Origin: Candidatus Woesearchaeota archaeon
GTDB lineage: Archaea > Nanobdellota > Nanobdellia > Woesearchaeales > UBA10216
Direction of reading: 5' to 3'
DNA length: 64,000 nucleotides
Assembly (NCBI GenBank): GCA_016192945.1
Contig: JACPTE010000012.1
Span: forward strand, 9,557-73,556
The translations under genes and the position numbers were made by a program. Shown one piece after another: positions 1 through 9,335 of this stretch; position 1 is the first letter of the stretch; each line of letters begins with the position of its first letter. The notes under the pieces were generated by a model. That model did not search any database and was not told where the DNA came from. It saw only the letters and a list, made by a program, of their open reading frames with translations.

Positions 1-45
1 TTATGTTATCTACATCCCCAGAAACAGTCTTTTCATCTGCCATTT

Positions 46-384
46 TTACTCTTCCTTTATTTCGCCCAGAACTTCCTTTTGCAGCTTGGTTGCCCTTTCC
101 CTTATCAGCTTTTCCTGCTTTTCAATTGTTTTTATCCTAAGCTCTGTTGTCTCCTTCTTTCCCCCAAGGAGGCTTTTCAGCTCGTCTTTGTCTGAGCTTA
201 CCATTATGCTGCCTATTATCCTGTATGCAGTGCCTGTCTTTTCCAGCTCGCCCAGGGCTGACTCTGATTCAACAAGCTGCATCTGCATCGCCTGCTTCTG
301 CAGCATGAGGTTCTGAAGGTTCTGCTCAAAAATCTGGAGCTGCTGTATCTTTTCCTCAGTATCCTTTGAGACGGCCATTTTCAA
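46..384 (-). CDS. pfdB: prefoldin beta subunit
   Basis: 112 aa, coiled-coil/beta-hairpin/coiled-coil layout; sits in the conserved L37ae-RpoP-Pcc1-PfdB archaeal cluster. Confidence 0.7.
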   Translation of the reverse strand: MKMAVSKDTEEKIQQLQIFEQNLQNLMLQKQAMQMQLVESESALGELEKTGTAYRIIGSIMVSSDKDELKSLLGGKKETTELRIKTIEKQEKLIRERATKLQKEVLGEIKEE

Positions 385-608
385 GCGCTTTTTGTTTTTT
401 CTATCACAGCAAGCATCCTGGTTATCCCGTTAACTGTAGCCCTTAATGCAACTGCGTCGGCAGCCTTCACATGGAATACCACTGAACCGCCTGTTTTCTT
501 AATTGTGTATTCTGACCTTTCCAGTGCCATCTCTTTTTTGTCAGGCAAAAAAGCGCTGTAGACCAACTCGGGGTCTGCACATGTCTTTATAGTGGCCTCG
601 TAGTTCAT
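381..608 (-). CDS. KEOPS subunit Pcc1-like protein
   Basis: 75 aa; pattern ...VYSAFLPDK...FHVKAADAVALRATVNGITRMLAV resembles the Pcc1 family; 4-nt overlap with pfdB. Confidence 0.5.
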   Translation of the reverse strand: MNYEATIKTCADPELVYSAFLPDKKEMALERSEYTIKKTGGSVVFHVKAADAVALRATVNGITRMLAVIEKTKSA

Positions 609-614
609 AGTGGC

Positions 615-752
615 TTATCTTGCCTTGATTTTTGTTGCGGTTTTCCTTGGCTTGTAAAGTATCTTGCTTCCGCAATAAGGGCACCTGACCTTTTTCCTCA
701 GATAGTCAATAGATACTTTTTTATTGCAATAAAAGCATTTGTATTCTACCAT
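615..752 (-). CDS. rpoP: DNA-directed RNA polymerase subunit P (Rpb12 homolog)
   Basis: 45-aa ORF missing from the ORF track: MVEYKCFYCNKKVSIDYLRKKVRCPYCGSKILYKPRK..., a CxxC-x13-CxxC zinc ribbon; lies between L37ae and the Pcc1-like gene. Confidence 0.6.
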   Translation of the reverse strand: MVEYKCFYCNKKVSIDYLRKKVRCPYCGSKILYKPRKTATKIKAR

Positions 753-753
753 T

Positions 754-999
754 TTACTGGGCCTGCACTGTTTCTATTGCCCTCTTTCCAGGCATGTATG
801 CCCCGCCGGCAAGCTTTATGTTGCATTTCCTGCAGCTCCATATCCCTGCTGCCAGCCGTTTCATCTGGGTTTTCCTGCAGTAAGGGCACAGCGAGTTTTC
901 ATGCCTTCCCTGCTCTATCTTTCCGAATTTTTCCTTTAAGCTCCTCCCATACCTGACGCCGAAGCGCTTCACAGAGCCGTACTTTGTTTCGGTAACCAT
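754..999 (-). CDS. rpl37ae: 50S ribosomal protein L37Ae (eL43)
   Basis: 81 aa; KYGVRYGRSLK...CPYC...C..C C4 zinc-ribbon pattern of L37ae. Confidence 0.8.
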   Translation of the reverse strand: MVTETKYGSVKRFGVRYGRSLKEKFGKIEQGRHENSLCPYCRKTQMKRLAAGIWSCRKCNIKLAGGAYMPGKRAIETVQAQ

Positions 1000-1048
1000 T
1001 TTAGAGAACAGGATGAAGGTTACAGGGGTTATTTATAAAAGTTTTGTA

Positions 1049-1122
1049 TGGGGCTGCGAGGATTTGAACCCCGATTACAAGGTCCCAAACCTTGTGTGAT
1101 AGCCAGGTTACACCACAGCCCC
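1049..1122 (-). tRNA. tRNA-Pro (anticodon UGG)
   Basis: Manual fold: GGGGCUG acceptor, CAAGG/CCUUG anticodon stem, loop UUUGGGA, CGGGG-UUCAAAU-CCUCG T arm; no intron, no encoded CCA. Confidence 0.7.
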
Positions 1123-1198
1123 ATAACAACCAGTTTCTGTGGCTGTTTTTTAAACTTATCGCAAACTTTTATATAAGGACATCTTCAACTTCCCTCCC

Positions 1199-3811
1199 AT
1201 GACGCTTACTGCCAAGCAGAAATATGAGCTGAAGAAGTTCCTTGCAGAGCTTGATAGCCACAAGGCCATGCATACTGAGCTGATTTCTGTATATATCCCG
1301 CAGGGTTATGACATGAACAAGATTATAAACCACCTTTCCCAGGAGCAGGGAACTGCTGCCAACATAAAGTCTGCGTCAACCAGGAAGAACGTCATTTCTG
1401 CACTGGAGAGGATGATTCAGCACCTCAGGCTTTTCAGGCAGACTCCTGAGAACGGCCTGGCAGTGTTCTCAGGGAATGTCGCCAAGCAGGGCCAGATTGA
1501 CCTGAGGGTCTGGAGCATTGACCCCCCGGTCCCATTGCAGACGAGGATTTACAGGTGCGACAAGAATTTCCAGCTGGATATACTCAGGGATATGCTGGAT
1601 GTCAAGGAGATGTACGGGCTGGTTGTAATGGACAGGAGGGAGGGCAATGTCGCAATTCTGAAGGGCAAGTCAATAATCCCTGTTGCAAAGTACACTTCAA
1701 ACGTACCGGGGAAGACGAAGGCGGGAGGGCAATGCTGTGTTCCTGACACATTGGTTGTCCTGGACTCAGGGGATATAATTCAAATGGCTGATTGTGAAAA
1801 GCCAATGGCTTTGAAGGCTGCAAATTTCTCCAGGAAATCAATTGAGGACTCAGCCGTTACAAATAAGTGGAATACGCAAAAAAATGCTGTTTTCCGCATA
1901 ACTACCAAATTTCCCCGCCTTGAGATTGAAACCTCAGCTGAACACGTGTTTTTTGTTTTGGTGGATGGTGAGATGGTTGAAAAAACCGCAGATCAGCTTA
2001 ATCCTGGAGATTGCCTTGTTATGCCTGAAAAAATGGAAGCTAAGGGCAAACTCCAGAAGCTTGAAACAGGAAGATTCTACAATTCATTTATCCTGTCTGA
2101 AAAAGGCAGGGCTTTTCTAAAGTCTCTTAGGCAGAAAATTAAGCAGAAAGAGCTGGCAGCCGAGATAGGCGTTACACAAACTGCAATTTCAGCCTATGAA
2201 CTGGGTAAAAGGAATATTGAACTACCGGCGCTGACCAGCCTATGCAAGCTTTTCAACCTGAGCATTGATGAATTCATTGAAAATTATGCTGAGCCATTCA
2301 GGCACCAGGGAACTGAAATTACTCTGCCAACTGTTCTTGACAGGGATTTGGCTCAATTCCTGGGCTATCTGACTGGCGATGGCACTATTGAAGAGGATAG
2401 GATAACCCTTTTTGAGCAAAGGGCACAGGTAGCCATAGCTTATAAAGAAAAATTTGATGAATACTTCAGGTTAAAAAGCAGCTACAAGTTCAGGCCCTCC
2501 AAGAACTATCATCAGCTCCGCTTTACCTGCCGCCCTCTCGTTAGGATGATAAGAAGCCTTTTCCCGGAAATCATGCTGTCTTCAGATTCAGCCATTCCCT
2601 CCAAGGTTCTGAGGTCAGATGACAACACCCTTGCCGGATATTTGAAGGGCTTGTTTGATGCTGACGGGTATATTTCCGCAAGAGGGCTGGGTTTGGGAAT
2701 GAACAACAAGCTGATAATCAGGCAGGTTCAGCTTGCATTGCTCAGGTTTGGCATTATAGCTTCATTCCATGAATATGATAACAGAAGGAACCCCTTTAGC
2801 AGCAGTATGCGCTATTCTGTCCAGGTTTCAGAGGCAGAATCATTGAGAATTTTCAGAGAATGCGTGGGCTTCACTTCTGTTGAAAAGCAGCTTATTCTTG
2901 AGGAAGTAATTTCAGGCCGAACTGAAAAAAGCAGCGTGCGCCAGATTTTAACTACCGGTTCAGAAGTCAGGGAAAAAATTGAAGGTGAGGGTTATGGCCT
3001 GAAAATGTTTCCAAAAGTAAGCAATTTCTTCAGAAATAAAAGGGCAATGAGCAAGCAGGCTTTCAGGTCGTCAATTTTGTCTTTAGTCCCTGAAGGGAAA
3101 TTAAGCAAAGATTTGCAAAAAATTTCTGACGCTGCTCTTTTGCCTGTGAAGATTCATAAGATAGAGATTATTGCAAAACCTGCCCAAATGGTGGATATTT
3201 CTGTGATAAACCAAACTTTCTTTGCAAACGGCATTTTGGTGCATAACTCTTCACAGAGATTTGAAAGATTGAGAGAGGGGGCTGCAAAGGAGTTCTACAC
3301 GAGGCTTGGGGAGCACATCAAGGACGAGTTTTTCGGCAAGCCTGAGCTTAAGGGGATTATTGTTGGAGGCCCTGGCCCCACGAAGTATGATTTTGTAGAG
3401 GGCAATTACATAGTCACTGAGCTGAAGAAGAGGATTATCGCAATAAAGGACCTGTCATATACAGGCGATTTCGGCCTTCAGGAGCTTGTTGACAAGAGCC
3501 AGGACGTGCTGGCTGAAGAGGAATTGGTCTCTGAAAAGAAAATCATGAACAGGTTCTTTGAGCTGCTTTCAACAAGGCAGGGGATGGTGAGCTACGGGCA
3601 GGCAGATGTCATGCGCCTTGTAAAGGGCGGTGTTGTGGATGTCGTCCTCCTTTCAGAGGCTCTGGAATCAGAGATTATCGGGGAGTTTGAGGAGGAGGCA
3701 AGGAAGTTCGGGACAAGGGTTGAGATAATCTCAACAGAGACAAGGGAGGGCGCGCAATTGAGGGATTTTGGCATGATTGCGGCAATCCTGAGATATGAGG
3801 TAAATTCCTAA
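1199..3811 (+). CDS. prf1: peptide chain release factor aRF1, interrupted by an intein
   Basis: NIKS motif (ANIKSASTRKNV) and GGQ motif; after the intein the sequence resumes SSQRFERLR..., matching canonical GGQSALRFARL; 365 extein aa plus 505 intein aa. Confidence 0.85.
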   Translation: MTLTAKQKYELKKFLAELDSHKAMHTELISVYIPQGYDMNKIINHLSQEQGTAANIKSASTRKNVISALERMIQHLRLFRQTPENGLAVFSGNVAKQGQIDLRVWSIDPPVPLQTRIYRCDKNFQLDILRDMLDVKEMYGLVVMDRREGNVAILKGKSIIPVAKYTSNVPGKTKAGGQCCVPDTLVVLDSGDIIQMADCEKPMALKAANFSRKSIEDSAVTNKWNTQKNAVFRITTKFPRLEIETSAEHVFFVLVDGEMVEKTADQLNPGDCLVMPEKMEAKGKLQKLETGRFYNSFILSEKGRAFLKSLRQKIKQKELAAEIGVTQTAISAYELGKRNIELPALTSLCKLFNLSIDEFIENYAEPFRHQGTEITLPTVLDRDLAQFLGYLTGDGTIEEDRITLFEQRAQVAIAYKEKFDEYFRLKSSYKFRPSKNYHQLRFTCRPLVRMIRSLFPEIMLSSDSAIPSKVLRSDDNTLAGYLKGLFDADGYISARGLGLGMNNKLIIRQVQLALLRFGIIASFHEYDNRRNPFSSSMRYSVQVSEAESLRIFRECVGFTSVEKQLILEEVISGRTEKSSVRQILTTGSEVREKIEGEGYGLKMFPKVSNFFRNKRAMSKQAFRSSILSLVPEGKLSKDLQKISDAALLPVKIHKIEIIAKPAQMVDISVINQTFFANGILVHNSSQRFERLREGAAKEFYTRLGEHIKDEFFGKPELKGIIVGGPGPTKYDFVEGNYIVTELKKRIIAIKDLSYTGDFGLQELVDKSQDVLAEEELVSEKKIMNRFFELLSTRQGMVSYGQADVMRLVKGGVVDVVLLSEALESEIIGEFEEEARKFGTRVEIISTETREGAQLRDFGMIAAILRYEVNS
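1733..3247 (+). mobile_element. intein (Hint domain + XRE-type HTH + LAGLIDADG homing endonuclease) inserted after the GGQ motif of aRF1
   Basis: Begins with Cys right after GGQ and ends ...GILVHN with Ser at +1; block B TxxH (ETSAEH); two LAGLIDADG motifs (LAQFLGYLTGDGTI, LAGYLKGLFDADGYI); Cro/C1-like HTH (ELAAEIGVTQTAISAYELGKRNI). Confidence 0.75.
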
Positions 3812-3812
3812 A

Positions 3813-4457
3813 ATGGGCGGGGCTGCTTCGGGCCTGCTGCTGGAGTTTCTTTCGTCTGAAGGCCTTAAGTTCTCATTAAGCGTGAGGTATTCCGGGAGAT
3901 TCAAGCCTTACAATGCCAATGTCAGAAAGTCAGGGAGCCATCTTGAGTTTAACCTGAGCAGGGAATGGAAGAGTGTCAGCGATGAGATTGTCCTCGGGCT
4001 GCTTCAGTCGCTTGCAGCCAGGATTCTGAGAGCGGGCTTCAAGACAGCCAACATGGACATTTACAACAACTTTGTGAGGAGCCTGCACTTAAGCTACCCC
4101 AAGGCAGCTACAGACCCGTGCCTGGCAGAGTCATTCAGGAGGGTGAACAGCAAGTATTTTGACGGCCTCCTGGAAATAACCAACTTTGCGTGGCACTCCT
4201 CATTGAGGAGGCTTGCCAGCTATGACTACCAGACCGACACTATCAGCGTCAGCGGTGTTTTCAGGGGAATGGACGAGCTCATAGATTACCTTATTTACCA
4301 TGAGCTGCTTCACAAGAAGCTGAAGTATCATAATGCCGGAGGCAGGAGCATACATCACAGCGCCATTTTCAGGCAGATGGAGAGAAAGTTTGAAAACCAG
4401 GAGCTGATTGAGAGGCAGATAAGCCGAATGATTAGAAACCAAAAATTTAAATATTAA
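3813..4457 (+). CDS. HExxH metal-dependent hydrolase, DUF45/YgjP(SprT)-like
   Basis: 214 aa; motif IYHELLHKKLKYHN...HHS similar to the YgjP family H-E-x-x-H-x(n)-H signature. Confidence 0.4.
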   Translation: MGGAASGLLLEFLSSEGLKFSLSVRYSGRFKPYNANVRKSGSHLEFNLSREWKSVSDEIVLGLLQSLAARILRAGFKTANMDIYNNFVRSLHLSYPKAATDPCLAESFRRVNSKYFDGLLEITNFAWHSSLRRLASYDYQTDTISVSGVFRGMDELIDYLIYHELLHKKLKYHNAGGRSIHHSAIFRQMERKFENQELIERQISRMIRNQKFKY

Positions 4458-4479
4458 CCCCTGAACCTTCTTAACAGAT

Positions 4480-4881
4480 ATGACAACAAAGACTGTTGGT
4501 GCAAATTCACTCAAAGAGGGCTCTTACCTGGTTATAGATGGGGCGCCTTGCAGGATTTCCACCATCCAGATTTCAAGGCCCGGGAAGCATGGCCATGCCA
4601 AGATGCGCATTGAGGGCGTTGGCATAGTTGATGACAAAAAAAGGGTAATTGTGCTGCCTGCACATGACAATGTTGAGGTTCCTATTATTGAGAAAAAGAA
4701 CGCCCAGGTGCTCTCTGTAAGCGGCAACTCTGCCAATGTAATGGACTTGGATACTTACGAGACATTTGACCTGGCAATCCCTGAAGAGCTGAAGGGAAGC
4801 TGCGTAGCCGGAGTCACTGTGCTTTACTGGCATGTGATGGAATACAGGTTCATGAAGCAGGCCAAGGGGGGAGAGGAATAA
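4480..4881 (+). CDS. eif5a: translation initiation factor 5A (aIF-5A)
   Basis: 133 aa; hypusine-site motif SRPGKHGHAKMR. Confidence 0.85.
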   Translation: MTTKTVGANSLKEGSYLVIDGAPCRISTIQISRPGKHGHAKMRIEGVGIVDDKKRVIVLPAHDNVEVPIIEKKNAQVLSVSGNSANVMDLDTYETFDLAIPEELKGSCVAGVTVLYWHVMEYRFMKQAKGGEE

Positions 4882-4885
4882 TCTT

Positions 4886-5047
4886 ATGGTAAAATTCCAG
4901 GAAGCTGAAGCGAGGCTTTTGAGGAATGTCTTTGTATGCAGGAAATGCAAGTCAAAGCTGCGGGCTCCCAACCTGAAGGTTGTGCAGGGCAAGGTAAACT
5001 GCAGGAAGTGCGGCGGCAAGGCACTCAGGTCTGTAAGGAAGAAATAA
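4886..5047 (+). CDS. rpl40e: 50S ribosomal protein L40e
   Basis: 53-aa ORF missing from the track: MVKFQEAEARLLRNVFVCRKCKSKLRAPNLKVVQGKVNCRKCGGKALRSVRKK, C4 zinc ribbon and EAEARLL pattern of L40e. Confidence 0.55.
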   Translation: MVKFQEAEARLLRNVFVCRKCKSKLRAPNLKVVQGKVNCRKCGGKALRSVRKK

Positions 5048-5054
5048 CCCTAAA

Positions 5055-6239
5055 ATGCCTTCCATACCTGATGCTCTCCTGGACTACAAGTGGATAATAC
5101 TTTTCTACCTCGCTGTTTTCCTCATAATCTATTTCAACAGGAAAAAGTTTGAGATACACTTCAAGGTTTTCGCCCTTTACAAGTCCAGGTGGGGCATCAG
5201 GCTGATGGACCAGCTTGGCTCGCGGTTTTCATCACCCATAAAGATACTGGGGTATGCGGGGATTGTCCTCGGATTTGCAGGCATGGCTTTCGTTGTAGGC
5301 TCTGTTTTCTATGCCCTGTACGCGCTGTTTTTCATCCCGAACGCCCCTGCCTCTGTCGCCCCGGTGCTTCCTGGGGTTAAGATTCCCGGCACGACTTTCT
5401 TCATCCCATTCTGGGAAGGCATAATTGCAATATTCATAGTGGCTGTTGTGCATGAGTTCGGGCACGGTGTCATTGCCCGCGCCCACAAAGTAGAAATCAA
5501 GAGCACAGGCCCATTTGTGATGGGCCCTTTTTTTGGGGCTTTTGTAGAGCCAGACGAGAATTCGCTGAAAAAGAAAAAGAGCCTAGTCCAGCTTTCAATA
5601 TTCTCAGCAGGCCCCTGCTTTAACCTGCTACTCGCCCTTGCATGCCTCGGGCTGATAAACCTTGCCTTTGCGCCGATAGCCAATTCCTATTTCCAGCCAT
5701 CAGGAGTTTCAGCATTGAAGATTGCCCCGGGAAGCCCTGCTGAGGCCTCTGGCCTTCAAAGCGGGGTTGTTTATTCTGAATTGAACGGAAGGCAGATAGC
5801 TGATGTGGATGACTTTGTTGATGCTGTCAGCAGGACGAAGCCAGGGGATAAGCTCTCCATCTCAAGCAGGGATAAGTCCTATGATGTTGTTGCAGCACCA
5901 AACCCGAACAATGCATCAAGCCCATATATAGGCGTTGTTGGGCTGGAAACAAGGCACAGGAACGATAAGAGCCTCCTTTTCGCACCGTTCGTGTTCATAG
6001 TGAAGCTGTTCTGGTTCATCTTTGTGTTGAGCATAGCCATTGGCACTGCAAACCTGCTGCCCCTTGGCCCGATTGACGGCGGCAGGATGATACTTCTCGT
6101 GATTAACCGCGTTTTCGGCGAGGAACGGGGAAAGGCCATCTGGGCGCGCATGTCCATTGTTTTCCTTTTCTTCATAATACTCCTGATGACACCGATATTC
6201 AAGGCGGTGTTTGAATCAATTTTCGGCAAGTTTGCTTAA
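5055..6239 (+). CDS. site-2 protease (M50 family, RseP-like) with PDZ domain
   Basis: HEFGHGVIA (HExxH) in a TM helix, central PDZ-like region, LLPLGPIDGGRM (LDG motif); multiple TM segments. Confidence 0.8.
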   Translation: MPSIPDALLDYKWIILFYLAVFLIIYFNRKKFEIHFKVFALYKSRWGIRLMDQLGSRFSSPIKILGYAGIVLGFAGMAFVVGSVFYALYALFFIPNAPASVAPVLPGVKIPGTTFFIPFWEGIIAIFIVAVVHEFGHGVIARAHKVEIKSTGPFVMGPFFGAFVEPDENSLKKKKSLVQLSIFSAGPCFNLLLALACLGLINLAFAPIANSYFQPSGVSALKIAPGSPAEASGLQSGVVYSELNGRQIADVDDFVDAVSRTKPGDKLSISSRDKSYDVVAAPNPNNASSPYIGVVGLETRHRNDKSLLFAPFVFIVKLFWFIFVLSIAIGTANLLPLGPIDGGRMILLVINRVFGEERGKAIWARMSIVFLFFIILLMTPIFKAVFESIFGKFA

Positions 6240-6243
6240 CTGC

Positions 6244-6561
6244 TTATGATAACCTTCCTGTTTTTTCAAGAAACTCCCTGACCCTCTGGTCTGCCTTTGG
6301 CTGGGCATTCTCCCCAAGCGCATAGATTGTTTTTTCAGCCTCGCCTCCCCAGCTGTATTCCCCTTTTGCCTTTTCTATCCTTTCAACCCTGAATTCGCCT
6401 GTATCTATCCCTTTTTTCAGGTGATAATAGATTGAGCGCATCGTCGCCTTCGGGTATATCTCCCTGTAAATCTTGAATATCCCATACCCATGTCCAGCCC
6501 TCAGGAAGTGAAGGATTTCCACTATATTCTGCCTGATTTGGCTTTTTGGAGGCCTTGCCAT
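6244..6561 (-). CDS. PadR-like winged-helix transcriptional regulator
   Basis: 105 aa; ILHFLRAGHGYGIFKIY...SIYYHLKKG...EKTIYALGENA fits the PadR pattern. Confidence 0.45.
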   Translation of the reverse strand: MARPPKSQIRQNIVEILHFLRAGHGYGIFKIYREIYPKATMRSIYYHLKKGIDTGEFRVERIEKAKGEYSWGGEAEKTIYALGENAQPKADQRVREFLEKTGRLS

Positions 6562-6682
6562 ACCAGCTTTTCAGCTGATTGAAGCTATAAATATGTTATG
6601 CCACCAATAAACCAAAAATTTATATATACTGCAGCCTTTAGACCACAGGTATTTATCGGAAAAGATTTTTGAGGTGGAAAGA

Positions 6683-6829
6683 ATGGTGCAGGGAAGATGC
6701 ATGAAATGCAAGGCAGAAAGAGAGATGAAGGACGCTAAGGAAGTTGTGATGAAAAACAAGATGAAGGCCATGAAGGGCACGTGCCCCAAGTGCGGCACAA
6801 AGATGTTCAGGATTATAGGCAAGGCTTAA
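6683..6829 (+). CDS. small zinc-ribbon protein (48 aa)
   Basis: GAGGTGG Shine-Dalgarno 5 nt upstream of ATG; CxxC...CPKCG; preferred over the overlapping antisense ORFs at 6571..6877. Confidence 0.4.
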   Translation: MVQGRCMKCKAEREMKDAKEVVMKNKMKAMKGTCPKCGTKMFRIIGKA

Positions 6830-6904
6830 CAGCCTTGTTCTATAATCGCTTCCTGTTTCTTTTATAGCGCAAACCATTTAAACTTCAGTTTTCCTTGATA
6901 AGGA

Positions 6905-7873
6905 ATGAAATGCCTTTTGCTCTTGTCAGGGGAGAATCCCAAACTGGCAGTTGGAGAGGCTGCGGCAGTTCTGGGATTGAAGAAGTTCACGCATGAGCGC
7001 AGGATACTGGCTTTTGACCTGAAAGGGATTATGCCTGAGGATTTCAGCAGGCTTGCTTACTCTGTTTCTGCCTTCTCAGTGCTTTTCCATTCAAGCAGAA
7101 GGGATTTCACATCCAGATTCAGGGGCTACAAGTGGAACAATGTTTACTCAGGCAGCTTTTCTGTAAGGATAAAGGATTTCAGCCGCAACCCGCTGAATCT
7201 CTCTGAGAAAGAGCTTGCCTCAATAATCTGGAGGAAGCTTAAAAATCCTGCTGTCAATCTTGAGAATCCATCCACTCCGGTGGTCATAATCGCGACTGAT
7301 AAGGGCATTTACTGCTGCATCATTATGGCAGAGCTCAAGCATGATTTTGAGTCGAGGCTCCCTAAGAACAGGCCTGGCTTCAGCCCTGTTTCGCTCCATC
7401 CCAAGCTGGCGAGGGCTGTTGTCAACCTCACAGGAATCCGGAAGGGAATTATCCTTGACCCTTTCTGCGGGACAGGCGGGCTGCTTATTGAGGCAGGGCT
7501 TATGGGCTTCAAGCCAATTGGATTCGACATAGACGATGCAATGCTTGACAAGAGCATTGCCAATTTAAATCAGGCAGGCATAGGCAATTTCGTCCTGGTG
7601 AACCAGGATGCGACCACCATTAAATCCAGGTATGATTTTATAGCCGCAGACCTGCCATACGGAATAAACTCCAGGCTATCAGCAGAGCTGAATGAGCTGT
7701 ATTCAAGATTTTTGGCAAGGCTCAGGAAAATCCTTGGAAAAAGGGCGGTGATAGTTTTCCCTGATTTCGTTGATTTCAGGAAGCTGGCAAGAAACTCTGA
7801 CCTGAAGCTCGTGTCAGTTTACAGCTGCTACATTCACAAGGGCCTGACAAAGAAGATTGCTGTTTTGGAATGA
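6905..7873 (+). CDS. tRNA (guanine10-N2)-methyltransferase Trm11/Trm-G10 (THUMP + class I MTase)
   Basis: 322 aa; N-terminal THUMP-like region; DPFCGTGG SAM motif and DLPYG (D/N-PP-Y-like) catalytic motif. Confidence 0.7.
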   Translation: MKCLLLLSGENPKLAVGEAAAVLGLKKFTHERRILAFDLKGIMPEDFSRLAYSVSAFSVLFHSSRRDFTSRFRGYKWNNVYSGSFSVRIKDFSRNPLNLSEKELASIIWRKLKNPAVNLENPSTPVVIIATDKGIYCCIIMAELKHDFESRLPKNRPGFSPVSLHPKLARAVVNLTGIRKGIILDPFCGTGGLLIEAGLMGFKPIGFDIDDAMLDKSIANLNQAGIGNFVLVNQDATTIKSRYDFIAADLPYGINSRLSAELNELYSRFLARLRKILGKRAVIVFPDFVDFRKLARNSDLKLVSVYSCYIHKGLTKKIAVLE

Positions 7874-7894
7874 TTTTTATAATCAAAACCCTCT

Positions 7895-8569
7895 GTGCAT
7901 CCTATGGAGCTGGCTGAGAAAAAACGCAGGCTTGCTGATTATTGGCTGGAGTCAGGCATAATCTCTGACAAGGCTGTAATCAGGGCATTCATGCATGTCC
8001 CGAGGGAGCTTTTTGTACTTGAGCAATACAAGAGCGAGGCTTATGGTGATTATCCGCTTCCAATCCCGGCAGGCCAGACTATCTCCCAGCCAACAACCGT
8101 GCTGCTCATCACGCAGGCTTTGGAGCTGAAAAAAGGAATGAAAGTCCTTGAAGTTGGCGCTGGCTCAGGCTATCAGGCATCCATAATATCAAAAGTCATT
8201 GGAAGCAGGGGTTTTGTCTATGCAACCGAAATCATCCCAGAGCTTTCTGATTTCGGAGAGAAGAACCTGCGCAGGGCTGGGATAAAGAATGCCCTGATTG
8301 TTAACTGTGATGGGGGCAGGGGGTATGAAAAGGCATCCCCTTATGACAGGATAGTTGTGTCAGCAGCCTGCCCTGAAATACCAGCGCCGCTTATAGGGCA
8401 ACTAAAGGACGGCGGAATACTCATAGTCCCTGTCGGCGGCTCAATGGGCCAGAAGCTCACCAGGCTCAGGAAAAAGGGCTCAGGGGCTGAAACAGAGATT
8501 CTTGGGGATTTTGCATTTGTCCCACTAAAGGGCAAGCATGGAACTAATAAGCTGGATTTTCAGAAATAA
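7895..8569 (+). CDS. pcm: protein-L-isoaspartate O-methyltransferase
   Basis: 224 aa; GQTISQP and VLEVGAGSGY motifs. Confidence 0.8.
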   Translation: MHPMELAEKKRRLADYWLESGIISDKAVIRAFMHVPRELFVLEQYKSEAYGDYPLPIPAGQTISQPTTVLLITQALELKKGMKVLEVGAGSGYQASIISKVIGSRGFVYATEIIPELSDFGEKNLRRAGIKNALIVNCDGGRGYEKASPYDRIVVSAACPEIPAPLIGQLKDGGILIVPVGGSMGQKLTRLRKKGSGAETEILGDFAFVPLKGKHGTNKLDFQK

Positions 8570-8598
8570 TTAAATAACTCCAATAAGGCTTTTATCTC

Positions 8599-9315
8599 AT
8601 GGATGCAACAGAGCTAATGGAAGCATTGGACTCCAACAAGACCATCATAATATCAGCGAACTGCAACATCGCTTACAGCGGCAGGGCTGAGAGCTTTCTT
8701 GCAGACGGGGACAGGATTATAATAATAAAGTCTGACAAGACGCTCCTGGTGCACCAGCCAACTGGAAGCATCCCAATAAATTACATGAAAGAGGGCTCTT
8801 CATTCAGGGTCAGCTCTGATGGGGAAAGGGTGGAATTGCACTGCACAAATTCCAGGGAATTTCTCACTGTAAGAATGCATCGGGTCTATTCGCATGACTT
8901 CCTGGAGCTGTCTGACGGGCAGAAGCTCCAGATTACAGGCTCTGAGAAGGACATGTCACAGATGATTTACAACCATCCGGAGCTCATTGAGAAGGGATTC
9001 AGGCCGTTGAGCATGGAGGAGCACACAAAGTTCGGCTTCATAGATGTTTTCGGGTTTGATGTGAGCAACACGCTTGTAGTGGTTGAATGCAAGCGATACT
9101 CTGCCGACCACAAGGCTGTTGAGCAGCTGAACAGGTACGTGAAGAAGATAAAGCAGGCAAAGGGCCTGAAAACAGTCAGGGGCATAATTGCAGCCCCTAG
9201 GATTACTGCTGCTGCAGAAATGCACATCAGGGAGTTCGGGTTTGAATTCAGGAGGATAAACCCCCCGAAGTACATGGAGAGGTTTGACAGCAGCCAGAGG
9301 AGGCTTGAGTTTTGA
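8599..9315 (+). CDS. nucS: endonuclease NucS (EndoMS)
   Basis: 238 aa; C-terminal RecB-like nuclease motif FIDVFGFDVSNTLVVVECKR (D...E.K) and NucS N-terminal domain. Confidence 0.7.
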   Translation: MDATELMEALDSNKTIIISANCNIAYSGRAESFLADGDRIIIIKSDKTLLVHQPTGSIPINYMKEGSSFRVSSDGERVELHCTNSREFLTVRMHRVYSHDFLELSDGQKLQITGSEKDMSQMIYNHPELIEKGFRPLSMEEHTKFGFIDVFGFDVSNTLVVVECKRYSADHKAVEQLNRYVKKIKQAKGLKTVRGIIAAPRITAAAEMHIREFGFEFRRINPPKYMERFDSSQRRLEF

Positions 9316-9335
9316 GAAAATTAAATCACAATAAT

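Noticed and set aside
6571-6877. Two overlapping minus-strand ORFs (83 and 74 aa) in the track
   Set aside because: Low-complexity translations. The plus strand here carries a 48-aa zinc-ribbon ORF with a strong GAGGTGG Shine-Dalgarno, so the minus ORFs are judged to be antisense artefacts.
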